DNA of 64,000 nt from Eledone cirrhosa (lineage: Eukaryota), in the NCBI GenBank assembly GCA_964016885.1, contig OZ024744.1:16802001-16866000 (forward strand). Reading direction: 5' to 3'. The notes under the pieces are model-generated. The model searched no databases, was not told the origin of the DNA, and worked only from the letters and a program-made list of their open reading frames with translations. This document shows, piece by piece, positions 29,301-41,850 of the stretch; the stretch's first letter is position 1; each line of letters starts with the position of its first letter. Made by a program: the position numbers and the translations under genes.

Positions 29301-32178
29301 CTTTAGTTAAACAGCACTTGACAGGGGCCATTGTCAACAACAGATGGTGGTACTCTCTCAAGAGGGCAGTTAGATTAGACTCGATAGGTTTTAGTAAAGA
29401 ATTAGTATTAGATAGAAATAAGACCGAAAGGAACTAGTAGATAAAGTAGAAGAGGCAATTAGGAGTGGCAACGTAGCCAGCGTGCTAGCGACGAGAACGG
29501 CCTTGTACCAGTTCTTCAACGCAAAGCATGAAGGCTGCGTTGTCAGAAGCAAAATACGTGCTCTGGGAAACGAGGGAGCCAAAGCTGTTAGATGGGCCCG
29601 AGTGACGGAGGCAAAAAGTGGCAACAAGTCCACGATTCGGTCTTTGAAGGACCAAAACGGACGCGTGATACGTGAGCCGAAGCAGATGTGTGCGGCCTTT
29701 CAGCGGCACTTTGCTCAACTGTTCGGGCAGGGCGGCGTGCCGGAGGGGCTATGGATTTCGGTCCATACCTCGACGGCCTACCGCGACGCTCGAACAGCGA
29801 GACAAAGTTCTGCGAAAAGCCGATTCCAGCCGTTGAGATAGGGGACGCGCTGAGCCAATGCGGCAAACGCAAATCTCCAGGTCTCGACGGTCTACCCTAC
29901 AAATTTTACGTAGCAATGCCGGACTTATTCTCCGGTCTCCTGGAAGCGGTCTACTGCAACTAGCAACAGAACGGGAGAATTTCCAGTTCTGTAACCGGGG
30001 GCGAAGTCACACTAGTCAGGAAGGACGAGAATAAGGGGGATGACATAGGCAACTTCCGGCCCATAACTCTGCTAAACACAGAGTTACAGATTTTGGCCAA
30101 GGTGTTGGCAAAGAGGCTGGCGCTTGTCGACGAGAACCTGGTGGGAGAAGCGCAGGCATGCGCAATCCCGACCAGGTCCATTCACGAAAACCTCCACCTC
30201 ATGCGATACATCATATAGAGGGTAGGGTGTAAACCCGGCTTCGGTGGGGCACTGATCAACTTGGATCAGTCTACGGCTTTCGATTGGATTGACCATCGTT
30301 ACCTGGATGCGGTGCTCGTGGCGGCAGGCTTCGGACCGGTGTTCAGGGGCTGGATTGCTGCAATGCACAACAGCAACATCTGCTCAAGGGTCAAGGTGAA
30401 CGGCTACCTCCCGGAGCCGTTCCATATCACGCGATCCATTCGACAGGGATGCACCCTCTCCTCCCTTCTGTACGTACTGACTCTCGAGCCACTACTGCGG
30501 AAGTTGGAGCTATTGCAGGGCATCCCTCTGGAACCGGGACAGCGAAAACCGGCGTCGGCCTACGCCGACGACGTGACAGTAATGGTGTCGAGCGCCTCGC
30601 AAATCGAGGAAGTCGGCATCTTACTGAAGGAATACGAAAGTTTCACAGGAGCGAAGCTGAACCGGGACAAGTCCATCGGTTTGCAACTCAGATCGTGGAG
30701 AAGCAAACTGATGCCTTCCCATGGCGTCGTCGGACGCTGGACGGAAGGACCGGTAAAGCTGCTCGGGGTCTGGTTTGGTCCGGAGCTCCAGGTGGAGAAG
30801 AACTGGAACGAGGTGACGGCCAAGATGTTTGCACTCACCCAGAAGTGGGCCGAGTGCAAACTATCCTTGAAAGGTCGAGCGGAGGTGGCGAACACATTTA
30901 TAGCGTCCGTCATCTACTACCGCTTGACCGTCGCGCCTTGTCCAGCCAAAACGCTCACCAAAATGGAGCGCGCGCTCTTCCAATTCCTTTGGAAGAAACG
31001 GGCTCCATTGGTGAGAAGATCCATCTGCTGCCAACACTCTTCTAACGGAGGGCTGGGGTGTCGTGGCTGACGATGCGCAAACACGCGCCCAGGCTGCGGC
31101 ATCTCTACGTATTCCTCACCGGACAACCGGTGTGGGACCCGTTCGTGAGGTGAGCCTTCCCACGACTCATCTCGCTGACCGAGCTGCAGTCCTGGGTCAA
31201 GCAAAGACCAAGGAAAATGGGCGACTGGCACATCGAATGTGCTCAGGCGCTCACAGCCCTCTGGCAGGCAGACCCGGCGATCAGTGGAGACTCCACTTCG
31301 TCATTCTATAGAGGGTTGATCCGCAGAAGTATGACGACGCACTCGGTGAAACTCTAGGCGTAGAGGAAGATGAACTGGCCAGTCTGTTCGGTAGGACCTT
31401 CCGCCCGGGACCGATGGACAACTTCCAAAAGTCCCTGGCCTGGCAGTGCTATCGAGGAGCTCTACCAGTTCGAGACAAGCTCTACAGACATGGGCGCCCG
31501 GGCAGGGACCCTGCAGAAAAGATCTGTCCGAGGTGCGTGCGAGACGAAGAAACCGTCGCGCACGGATTCATACACTGCCTGGGCGTCATCGATCTGTGGG
31601 GCTATGTAGAACGACTATTGTCGCGGGTGGGACCAATCCGGTTGACCACCGAGTCCATTGTCATGATCAAACCGCCACCCTCCTTCAAACACGAAGGAGA
31701 GGCGGTTTTCCTTTGTGTGATAGCTATGGCGAAAGAGGTTACATGATGGACAAGGTTGAAAGGGCTGAGGTCAGACACCTTTCTCTCCGGCCAACAACTG
31801 ATTCTTTTTTTAAAATACCACTTTGGAAGAAGAATCAGGATGGAGAGAGAGGTGCTGTACCCCAGCAAGTTTTATGAAAGGTGGTTGAAAGTGGCGAGAA
31901 TGGCCCGAGTGAATGGGCCTTCTTTCTATATCAGCCTGTAGGTTGAGGAAAAGGAGGAGGAGAGAAAAGGAGTACAAACTCTTCGTACTCTTGGAGATGA
32001 GGGTTGCACATATTTTCGGGTGTATGTGTTACCCATATGAACTGTCTCCGCCTATTGGGGAAATTCGACTAATTTTTGAAATTGAATTTGTGATAATATT
32101 TTACACATTTTTATTGTATGTAAAGTTCCCCCTTTGTATTTGTCCCCTTCTTTTGTGCCCCTGTGGCTAATAAAGAAA
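26313..32178 (+). mobile_element. Tx1-like LINE copy E (full length, decayed)
   Basis: ORF1 ~26535-28470 with Asn-rich N-terminus, ORF2 28505-31941 (SAYADDV), ends AATAAAGAAA 32169-32178. Confidence 0.92.
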
Positions 32179-32226
32179 CATATCTATCTAACTATCTCTC
32201 TATATATATATGTATATATCTATCTA

Positions 32227-35200
32227 ACACAACTCTATTTCAACCAATATGGCGAATTTACGAGTAGGATGTCTTTTATGCGCGTGGCCTGCGCATGCCC
32301 TGAAAATAGGGTCAACTTTAAAATGACCTCGGTCACACCGTATAGATGTGATAGATGTCAGTGAGTCCTAGATTCACGACAAACAGCAGTTAACCCCCAT
32401 ACTCGACAACTTCCACTAAGCTGTCAGCCAGGATGTAGAGTGGGAGTTGCTGTAGTGTTTCGGGAAAACCCGGTTCTTGAAATACAGACAATCTTCTTGG
32501 ACACGGAGGTGGTCCTAGACGTGAATGGTAGTGAAAGTGGAGCTTTCAGACTGGTGGTCGTATATGCCTCGACTAGGACATCGCCGCCGGAGTTCTTTGA
32601 GCGTCTGGAATATTTTCTGGGAACGTCTTGCTCTTTACTGTTATCGGGGGACTGGAATGGTATTTTAGACCCACGTTTGTTTGTTTTTTCGACTATGTAG
32701 GAGCTTGTGATAATAGAGTGGGGTGTAACAGCCTCAAAAATCTCATCAGGAAATTCCAACTGGCTGATAGATATCGGCTAGATTTCCCAAGTGCACCACT
32801 GTGGACGTGGAGCAACCACAATGGCTCTTCTAGATCGTATTTAGATAGATTTCTAATTAGACAAATTGATAGGGAAACGTTAAGCTGTCCACAAATGCAC
32901 ATGGTTGCCTATTCAGACCACAAATTAGTGACCTGCGTAGTCAAACTTGATAGAACACATAGACAGCAGGGACAAGGATACTGGAAGCTAAACATTTCAT
33001 TCCAACGCGTAAAGATTATAGTAAACAGATTAGCACTTTAGTTAAACGCCAGTTGACGGGGCCCATCGTTAACAATAGATGGTGTTACTCTCTCAAGGGA
33101 GCAATTAGAGTAGAATCGATAGCCTTTAGCAAGGAAGTAACTTTAGAGAAGAACAAAATAGAAAAAAATTGGTAGCCAAAGTAGAAAAGGTTCTTAGAAA
33201 TGGCAGTACAGCTACCGTGCTAGCAGCGAGAACGGCACTAGACCAGTTCTTCAATGTGAAACACGAAGGTTGTATTGTCAGAAGTAGAACACGTGCTCTG
33301 AGAAACGAAGGAGCCAAAGTTGTTAGCTGGACCCGAGTGGCAGAGGCGAAAAGTGGCAACAAATCCACAATTCAGTCTTTGAAAGACCAAGACGGACGCG
33401 TACTACTTGAATCCAAGCAGATGTGCATGGTTTTCCAGCAGCACTTTGCACAACCTTTCGATCAGAGTGGTGTGCCAAGCTGCGGGACGGACTTCAGTCC
33501 CTACCACGACAGCCTACTGTGACTCTCGAACATGGATGCAGGGAGCTGCGAAAGGCCGATCACAGCGGGCGAATTAGAAGACGCCCTATGCCACTGTGGG
33601 AAATGTAAGCCACCCGGTCTAGATTGTCTACCCTATGAGTTTTACATAGGCATGACAGACTTGTTCCCTGGCGTCCTCGAAGCCGTCTACTGCAATTGGC
33701 AGCAGAACGGGAGAATTCCCAGTTCTGCAGGCAAGGGCGTAGTAACGCTGATCAGGAAAGACGAGAACAAGGGGGACGAAATTAACAACTTCAGGCCCAT
33801 AACTCTGCTCAACATAGAGTTAAAGATATTGGCCAAGGTGCTAGCGACGAGGTTGGCGCTTGTCGTCAAGAACCTGGTAGGGAAAGCGCAAACGTGTGCA
33901 ATCCCGACCAGACCATACACGACAACCTCCACCTCATGCGATACATCATAGAGAGGGTGCGTAGTAAACCCGGCTTCGGTGGGGCTCTGATCAATTTGGA
34001 TCAGTCTAAGGCATTCGATAGGGTCGACCATCGATACTTGGAAGCGGTTCTCAAGGCGGCCGGTTTCGGTCCCGTTTTCAGAGGCTGGGTCGAGGCGATG
34101 CACACCAGAATCTACTCGGCAGTCAAGGTGAACGTCTACCGTCCGGAGTCGTTCGCAATCACGCGTTCCATTCGACAGGGGTGCCCTCTCTTCTCCATTC
34201 TGTATGTATTGACTCTAGAGCCACTACTGCGGAAATTGGAGCTGTTGCAGGGCGCCCCTCTAGAACCGGGACTGCGTAAAGCGGCGTCGGCTTATGCCGA
34301 CGACGTGGCGGTAATGGTGTCGTGCACCTCGGAAATCGGGGTGATCAGCAACTTACTGAAAGAATACGAAACGCTGACGGGAGCAAAACTAAACCCGGAC
34401 AAATCTGTCGGTTTGCAACTCGGTACGTGGAGAGGCAAACCGATGACGTCCGACAGCGTCGTTGGACGCTGGACGGACGGAGCGGTGAAATTGCTCTGGG
34501 TCTGGTTCAGTCCAGACCTCCAGGTGGAGAAAAACTGGAACAAGGTCACGGCCAAGGTGTTTGCACTCATCCAGAAGTGGGCAGAGTGCAAACTGTCCTT
34601 GTAAGGTCGAGCAGGGGTGGCGAACATTTTCATAGCTTCCGTCATCTACTACCGCTTGACTGTCGTGTCTTGTCCCCGTGAACACCTTGCCAAGATGGAA
34701 CGCATGCTCTTCCAGTTTCTGTAGAAGAAGCAGGCTCCGCTGGTGAGGAGATCCATTTGCTGCCAGCACCCTTCCAACGGAGGGGTGGGAATGCCGTGGC
34801 TGATGATGCGCAAACATGCGCTGAGGCTGCGGCATCTCCAGTTATTCCTCACCTACCCCCAACCGGTGTGAGCACCGTTTGTGAGGCAGGCTTTCCCACA
34901 GCTTGTCTCGCTGACAGAGCTGCAGTCCTGGGTCAAGAAAATACCGAAAACGATGGGCGCCTGGCACATTGAATGCGCTCAGGCGCTCACAGTCCTCTGG
35001 CAAGCGGGCGCAGCAATCAGTGGAGACTCCACTTCGACATTCTATACAGGGATTGTACGTTACACGGGCGACGACGTGCTCGGAAGGACTCTGGGCGTCG
35101 AAGACGATGAGCCCACCAGTCTGTTTGGTAGGACTTTCCGCCCGGGACCTATGGACAACTTCCGGAGGTCCCTGGCCTGGCATTGCTACCGAGAAGCTCT

Positions 35201-35895
35201 ACCGATTCGTGACAAGATCTACAGGCACGGACGCCCCGGCACGGATCCTTCCAAGAGGACGGGTCCAAGATGCTCGCAGGACATTGAAACAGTCCTGCAC
35301 GCAATTGTTCACTGCCCGGGCGTAACCGACCTGTGTCGCGTATGGGACAAATCCAGTTGACTGCCGAGTCCATAGTAAGGATCAAACCGCCAGCCACTTT
35401 CAAAAACGAAAGAGAGGCGGTTTTCCTCTGTACAGTGGCTATGGTGAAAGAAGTTATATGGTGGACGAGATTGAGAGGACTGAGGATAGATGCCTTTCTC
35501 TCCGGGCAACAATTGATTCCCTTATTTAAGTATCACTTTAGAAGGAGAATCAGAGTGGAGAGAGAGGCACTGCACCTCAGTAAATTTACTGAAAGGTGGG
35601 TGAATGAAGCGAAAATGGCCCGAGGGATTGGGCCTTCTCTGTTTATAAGCCTATAAGTTGAAGAAGAGAGCAAAAGGAAGAAAGGAACACTTGAACAACA
35701 CGCTCCTGGAGTTGAGGGTTGTTCTAGCACCACAAATGGGTTATAAACAACCCATTTGTGGCGCTTCCCCCCTATTGGGGATTTCGATTGTTGTAATTGT
35801 TTGTTTTTATATTTTTTTACACGACTGCATGTAAAATCCCCGGCATGTCTTTGTATTGTCCCCTTTTCTTGTGCGCCCTTGTGGCAAATAAAGAA

Positions 35896-35896
<1 letters not shown>
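32227..35896 (+). mobile_element. Tx1-like LINE copy F (ORF2 only, decayed)
   Basis: Starts just before the ORF2 ATG (32249); EN/RT motifs as above to stop 35656; ends AATAAAGAAA 35887-35896. Confidence 0.9.
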
Positions 35897-35950
<54 letters not shown>

Positions 35951-36389
35951 GGTATTGTTTTCTCTTTCTCTTATCTCTTCCTCATTCTGAATTAGTAATA
36001 GAAATATCTCCCAAATGTGATGAAGATACCTTTTCTGTACTCAGCATTGTAGAAGATATCTAAAAAATGAAATAAACTCATGTTTAAAGCAATAATAATA
36101 TGAAATATAATCATGGTTATAATAGAAATATATGTCTCCAATACATATGCAAATATCGTTGATCATACTCAGTTATGAATGACAATGGATTTGCACTTAC
36201 AAAATACTTCTCCAAGACACAAGCCCAGGCAGAGTTGTGTTTATGGAAGACCAGCAGTCGCCCATACATACCAGTCTCTCCTCTCTACACCACTGATGTT
36301 GTCCAAAGAAAGGTAATGGCTGCTACAGCTTGGGAACACTGTCGTCACAACACACACACAGACACACAGACACACACACACATAGACAG

Positions 36390-36420
<31 letters not shown>

Positions 36421-36484
36421 TACAAACACACATATACACACACATACAAACACACATATACATATATATATATATATATATATA

Positions 36485-38760
36485 TTTCGTTTCTGAATTT
36501 GTTTAGCAAGATTCTTTATTTGAAAACGTGTGTTGAAACCGATATTGTTATACTTTGGGAGGGCCATGTTGCTAATAAGAAACACACGCACCAGTCGCTT
36601 TCACTTCAATTTATTATAAATTAAATTTATAAATTTCCGGTTGGTTGGTTGGTTCCACAACCGGACGGTTGTTCATATATTGTCAAAGTTCTTTCGTCAC
36701 ACATTCTGTGACCTCTTCAGTGACTGGGGATTCTTTTCTTTGTTTTGTGCCTCTCCTTTGTTCTGTCCTACACCATCTTGTTTTTGTGTGGGTTGTGTGC
36801 TTAGTTTACGCATGTGTTACATCCGGGTGTCTGTGTGTGTTTTTATTTGTTTATTTATTTGTTTATTTACATGTTACAAGTTGGTTGTTTGTTCTATGTG
36901 TGTGTGTGTTTTCATTTTGTCCTTAATTGTAAGTTGTGATGTTGCTATTCCATTCATGTTTTCTATTTAATTTTGGTTGGAGTTCGTTTATGTTTATTGC
37001 CTCTGTGATTTGTCTAAACATTGCGTCTTTTCCTATTTAATTTTGGTTGGAGTTCATTTATGTTTATTGCCTCTGTGATTTGTCTAAACATTGCGTCTTT
37101 TCTGTGTGTAGATTCTATTTTTATTTCTATGTTCTTTATGTTATATTTTAGCATGTTGGTTGAATATTGATGAGTCTTTTCTATCTTGAAGCTCTCGCCA
37201 GTGTTCATTTATCCGTTCCCCTATACTACGAGCTGTCTCACCTATGTACACTATATTCTTATCTCTACATTGTCCTTCAGTACATCTTATGCTATATACT
37301 AGATTTCTAGTTTTACAGTTAATATGGGGGATTAGTTTACAGATTATGCATTTCTTATCTATACAGGGAGGTCTTTGAAAAGGGTATGTATTGCTAATAA
37401 GTGTTTTTATGGAGGTACCTGGTCTTACTACTATCTTAATATTAAGTTTATGTTTATGTAGAGCCCTTCTAAATTTGTAAGCTAATTCACCTCTAGGGGT
37501 TGTACTGATGAACATTACACTGGTATTTATTGCTATCATACCATGAGTATATTCTATTAACCTTATTCCCAGTTCTTTCTATTCTATTCCAAAATTTGCT
37601 CCTATACAAGGGGCAGGTCCCATTTGTATCAATATTTACCATTTTTCCCCATTTGGTTCTGGCTCCTCTATATACTCTGATTTTATCTCTTTGATTGTAA
37701 CCAGAGAACTGCATACGGTGGATGAAGTGTTGTATGTGTCTCTCTAGTTCTTTGGGGTTGCACATGCGGGACACGTTTCTTATCACCCGTACCAAATCCG
37801 CAATCAGTATGTTGATTTTGGTGTGATCCGAAACAGCTGAGTTTCGGTGGATCAGATATTTGGAAGTCATGGGTTTGGCATAATGGGAATGGAGGATTCG
37901 TTTGTTGTTATTAATGGTATCTAACCAGAGCTCTGTGTCTAGTACAGGTAATCGATGGTTGGGGTGTTTGTTTGGGTAGTCTATAGTAACTCTAATACTC
38001 TGGTGGATGGCGTTAGCTATTTGCTGGATGCTTTCCATGGTGTTTTTCTCTAATTCCTGATAGTTCTCTAGTGTGTGTGTGTGGGTGGGTGGGGGGTGGG
38101 GGGTGGGGGGTTACTACGATGTTTATATCATCAACGTAGCGGGAGTACATTATCAGGGTTAAGAGGTTGCTATCTTCTAATTGTTCTTTAAGATAAGTTT
38201 AAGTTATTGTCCCACCATATCATGAATAGCTTAGCTATGTCACCTGCAATGCTAACACCAATGGCTGCTCCCTCCTCTTTGGCATATGTTTTTCCATTAA
38301 ATTTGAACATATGTTCCTTAAGGGTTAATATTATACTGGTGGGGACCGCATGTGCAACCATTTTCTTTAGTTCATCGTGGTTATCGGGGGTCCGTATGGC
38401 TCTGGTCCACCCGTTCCATCTTTTTGTGTGGGTTTTCTTGGCCATTGAGGTAATGGTAGGTGGTCTGCCTCTTGCTTGTCTTGTAGGGCACAGGTTGCTA
38501 AGGTCATATGTATCTAGATAATCATTACTATAGGTAAGTTTAAGTAGGTGTCCCAGCTCATTGTTATCAATCCCACGGAATTCAACATTGCTCTCACTGA
38601 TAATTTCTACGCATTTCTCCACAGCAAAATCCACGTCAATGGATGGATATAGGGACACAACATCCATACTACCTATTATACAGTCTGTTAGGTCCCTAGA
38701 TCGGTTATTTTCGCTGATTCTAAAAATGTCTTCTTTAACACATTCTTTGTTATACAAGTT
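36485..38760 (-). mobile_element. 5'-truncated Penelope-like element (RT + GIY-YIG) with 3' terminal repeat
   Basis: GSMDVVSLYPSID, FKFNGKTY..EGAAIGVSIAG, RYVDDI (~38124-38141), LPVLDT, then NLVYSIRC..C..VYIGETARSIGERINEH; frameshifted; pLTR 36485-36956. Confidence 0.9.
36682..36724 (-). ncRNA. Minimal type I hammerhead ribozyme in Penelope pLTR
   Basis: Reverse complement identical to 1710-1752. Confidence 0.65.
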
Positions 38761-39761
38761 TCTTCACTTTGAGACAAACTTGCTGCTGTGAATGCCACTT
38801 AGTGCAGTCAACATTTTACAGCAGAGACTTTGATATTCAATAACATTGGTCGGATCTAAAGCTTCAAATATATCTAAATATGTAAACATATCAAATGATA
38901 AAAAGTGTTGCATCATTTGTTTTGAAAGATACATATAGAAACTCAATAGTTTTAAGACACACATAGAAACTCAATAGTCTTACTCCAAATTCTTGTAACT
39001 CCTTTTGGAAAATGGTGGCAGAGTTTTCAATCATTGACATTCTGTAGTGGCACCATAATAGATGTCTTTTATTTTAAGGTATAAAGAAGGATCATTCATA
39101 TTTAATTTTCTGATATCAGTTTCAATAACTCACATTTGATGAAGTTACTAAAAATAGCTTTCATTTGGGTGTCAATGGACTGTTGTAACTTATAAATTCT
39201 ATGTGAGCTTTATCAATGTCCGGTAAAATATAAGCAAACAAAGCAAAATGAATTTTTGTCATGGGGGTTTATAATTCCCTTAATATTTTGGAAGTCATCA
39301 TGAGGATATCACCTGCCAATACTGCCGTTGTGAAATATGATAAAAGTGTTGAACAGTCCTCCAAACTTCTTTGTGCAATTAATATGAAGAATTTTACGAG
39401 AACTGATATTTGTAATTTTTTTAAATCCTTTATATTTAGCTGGGCATTTTGAACTGTTGCTCAGGTACGAAACATATTTCTTGCTAATTCTTCCAAATAA
39501 TATGGTAGTTCATTGCACACAGATGTATGAAATGGCTAACTCAAGAGTATATGAATATAACATAATTTTTTTGCTTCAAAGTTTTCAAGAGAAATATTAT
39601 TTTCAATGAAAAATGATTGTAGACAATTGTAAATGATAAGCATACTGCAGTCTTTAATTTCCAGAAGTGTCAAAAAGTCATCAACAGTCTTTTGAATTTC
39701 AGAGTTGTAATATCTCGCTACTAGAGCAAGCTCCTTGTTGGTAGAAATGTTCGTTGTTTCA

Positions 39762-40625
39762 TCTATATTACTAAAGCAGAGAATGTCTGTTTGTCTGTCT
39801 GTACAATCACTAAAACTCGAGAACCACCTGACCGATTGTTTTCAAACTTTACACATGTAATAGTTATGGTCGTATTGAGTGTTCTGAGCAAAACAAATTC
39901 AAATTTTCAATGCCCTAGGGACCGCATTAGGCGATTTAGCGATCTCTTTCTCTCTCAGTCTTTCTCTTTTTAGATAGCTACATAGATATTAAGTCGCGCC
40001 TTTATAATTGTTTCTACTTTAGGCACAAGGCCAGCAATTACCCAGTGCATTACTGGTACTTTATTTTATCGACCCCGTAAGGATCAAAGCCAAAGTCAAA
40101 CTTTATAATATCTGTCTGTATGCCTGACTGTCTGCATTACGTCATTATGACGCAATCAGTGTGTGTGTGTATATGTGTATATATAGTGTGTGTATATATA
40201 TATATATTCTTATGCCAGGGAACGTCTTCACGAACCAAAGTATCGTCTTCCTGTTTTCCATCGGTTGCAACGTTTTTCGAAATATTTACATCTGCGTTCA
40301 CAGATTGATTTTTTTAATTTTAGTTTCAGAAGATCCCGTTAAGAGTGAAAGCAGCGATTCTTTGCTTAAACTTTAATATGTTATTTTAATATAGATATTC
40401 GTGTACAGATATTTTTGCATACACAAAAACAAAATATAAACAAACAAGGTCAACCATTACATCAGTTAGTCTTAGTGTACTTCATACTGCTTTTAGGTAG
40501 AAGATCCCGTTAAAGGTGAAAGCAGCGATTCATTTTCTGCGTTCACAGATTGATTTTTTTAGTTTCAGAAGATCCCGTTAAGGGTGAAAGCAGCGATTCT
40601 TTGCTTAAACTTTAATCTGTTATTT

Positions 40626-40720
<95 letters not shown>

Positions 40721-40871
40721 ATTATATATTCGTGTACAGATATTTTTACATACACAATAACAAAATATAAACAAACGTATTTATTTCACGAGACTTGATA
40801 AGGATAAATATATATCAAATATATAAGAACTCTAGAGCAAATCCCGAGCAACGCCGGGGCCAATCTGCTAG
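39762..40871 (+). mobile_element. Non-autonomous Helitron, copy 2
   Basis: 5' TC, subterminal hairpin CCCGAGCAACGCCGGG (40843-40858), 3' CTAG; inserted between A and T with no TSD. Confidence 0.85.
40011..40100. mobile_element. SINE fragment inside the Helitron
   Basis: AGGCACAAGGCC..CCCAGTGCATTACTGGTACTTTATTTTATCGACCCCG..AAAGTC is absent from Helitron copy 1 and resembles, from memory, a highly abundant octopus SINE (not verified). Confidence 0.5.
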
Positions 40872-41850
40872 TCTACAATAAGGAAGAATTCTGTTGATTT
40901 TAGCATAGCAATAAATCATTGAAAGCATGGGACCGATCACATGTGAAAAAATGCAAGTACCTTTAGTTCTTGCACACTTGATGTCTTTCGTGATTTTTGG
41001 ATGAGAGCATATGTTGGCATTAAGGCCAGGTCAACGATATAAAATAGCAATGGGTAGGTTGTGCTCATAAATAAATATGCCCAGTTTCAGCTCAGCTGAT
41101 GCTATTTTCGTTTAATGAGCAGAACATTGAGCAAGCTTTATGAAATCTGCCACCTTAATTGTTTGTTTTGTTACTTTTGCATTCTTTTAGTGATTTTCTG
41201 TCTCATCATGCCTTAGTATTTGACTACCAGCTATATCAGAATTACATAATTTATAGTAGCTTTTACTTGCGTTCCTTTTACTCAATTCCAACTACGATGA
41301 AAATTTCTCATCATTTAATAACTTTGACGGAACGTTTATTTAATAGAATGTGGATTTCAGTTTTTTTCTGAGGAATGTCATATTCGTCACTATCAGAATG
41401 ATATTCTAAATGCACTTTTTTGGACTCATGATGGGTTTAAAATATTTCCCCAAAAAGCAAAACTGTTCATATATTGAAAGATGACACTACCAAAGCACAC
41501 TGCACGCCATCGTACAGTTACTTAAATTGAACTGATAAGGTTGTCTTCCAAGAATTCGTCTTAATCTATCTATATTTAGATGTCCTTCCATATTGTCAGC
41601 AGAATCTAATCAAGTAAAACGTCCACAGATCAATTGTGAGCAAATAGTGCATTATTATTGTCTACGAGGATAATAGAGAAGATAGGTGGGTACCTGTTTA
41701 AAATACTTCACACAAGAATTATTAAGGCCAAATCAGATCTGACGGCCAAATAAATTTAATGTAGAGATTCTGAACGTAAAAGTCGTTAAGACTGATGAAT
41801 GGTATATTTTTAAAAGGTGATTTTAGAATTACAATCAGGCCAAAATTTAG

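Larger units (their letters stand above)
38765..41250 (-). pseudogene. Decayed hAT-like transposase, interrupted by a Helitron
   Basis: Removing 39762-40871 restores LKSTEFFLIVDETTNISTNKELALVARYYNSEIQKTVDDFLTLLEIKDCS (first catalytic D motif); upstream EHNLP..IKCARTK. Outer limits uncertain, no TIRs identified. Confidence 0.6.

Noticed and set aside
36210-36350. Segment resembling another common octopus interspersed repeat
   Set aside because: Recognition from memory only; no second copy or structural hallmark in this window.
38071-38110. G-rich run as a functional G-quadruplex
   Set aside because: Looks like a (GT)n/poly-G expansion disrupting a dead Penelope ORF.
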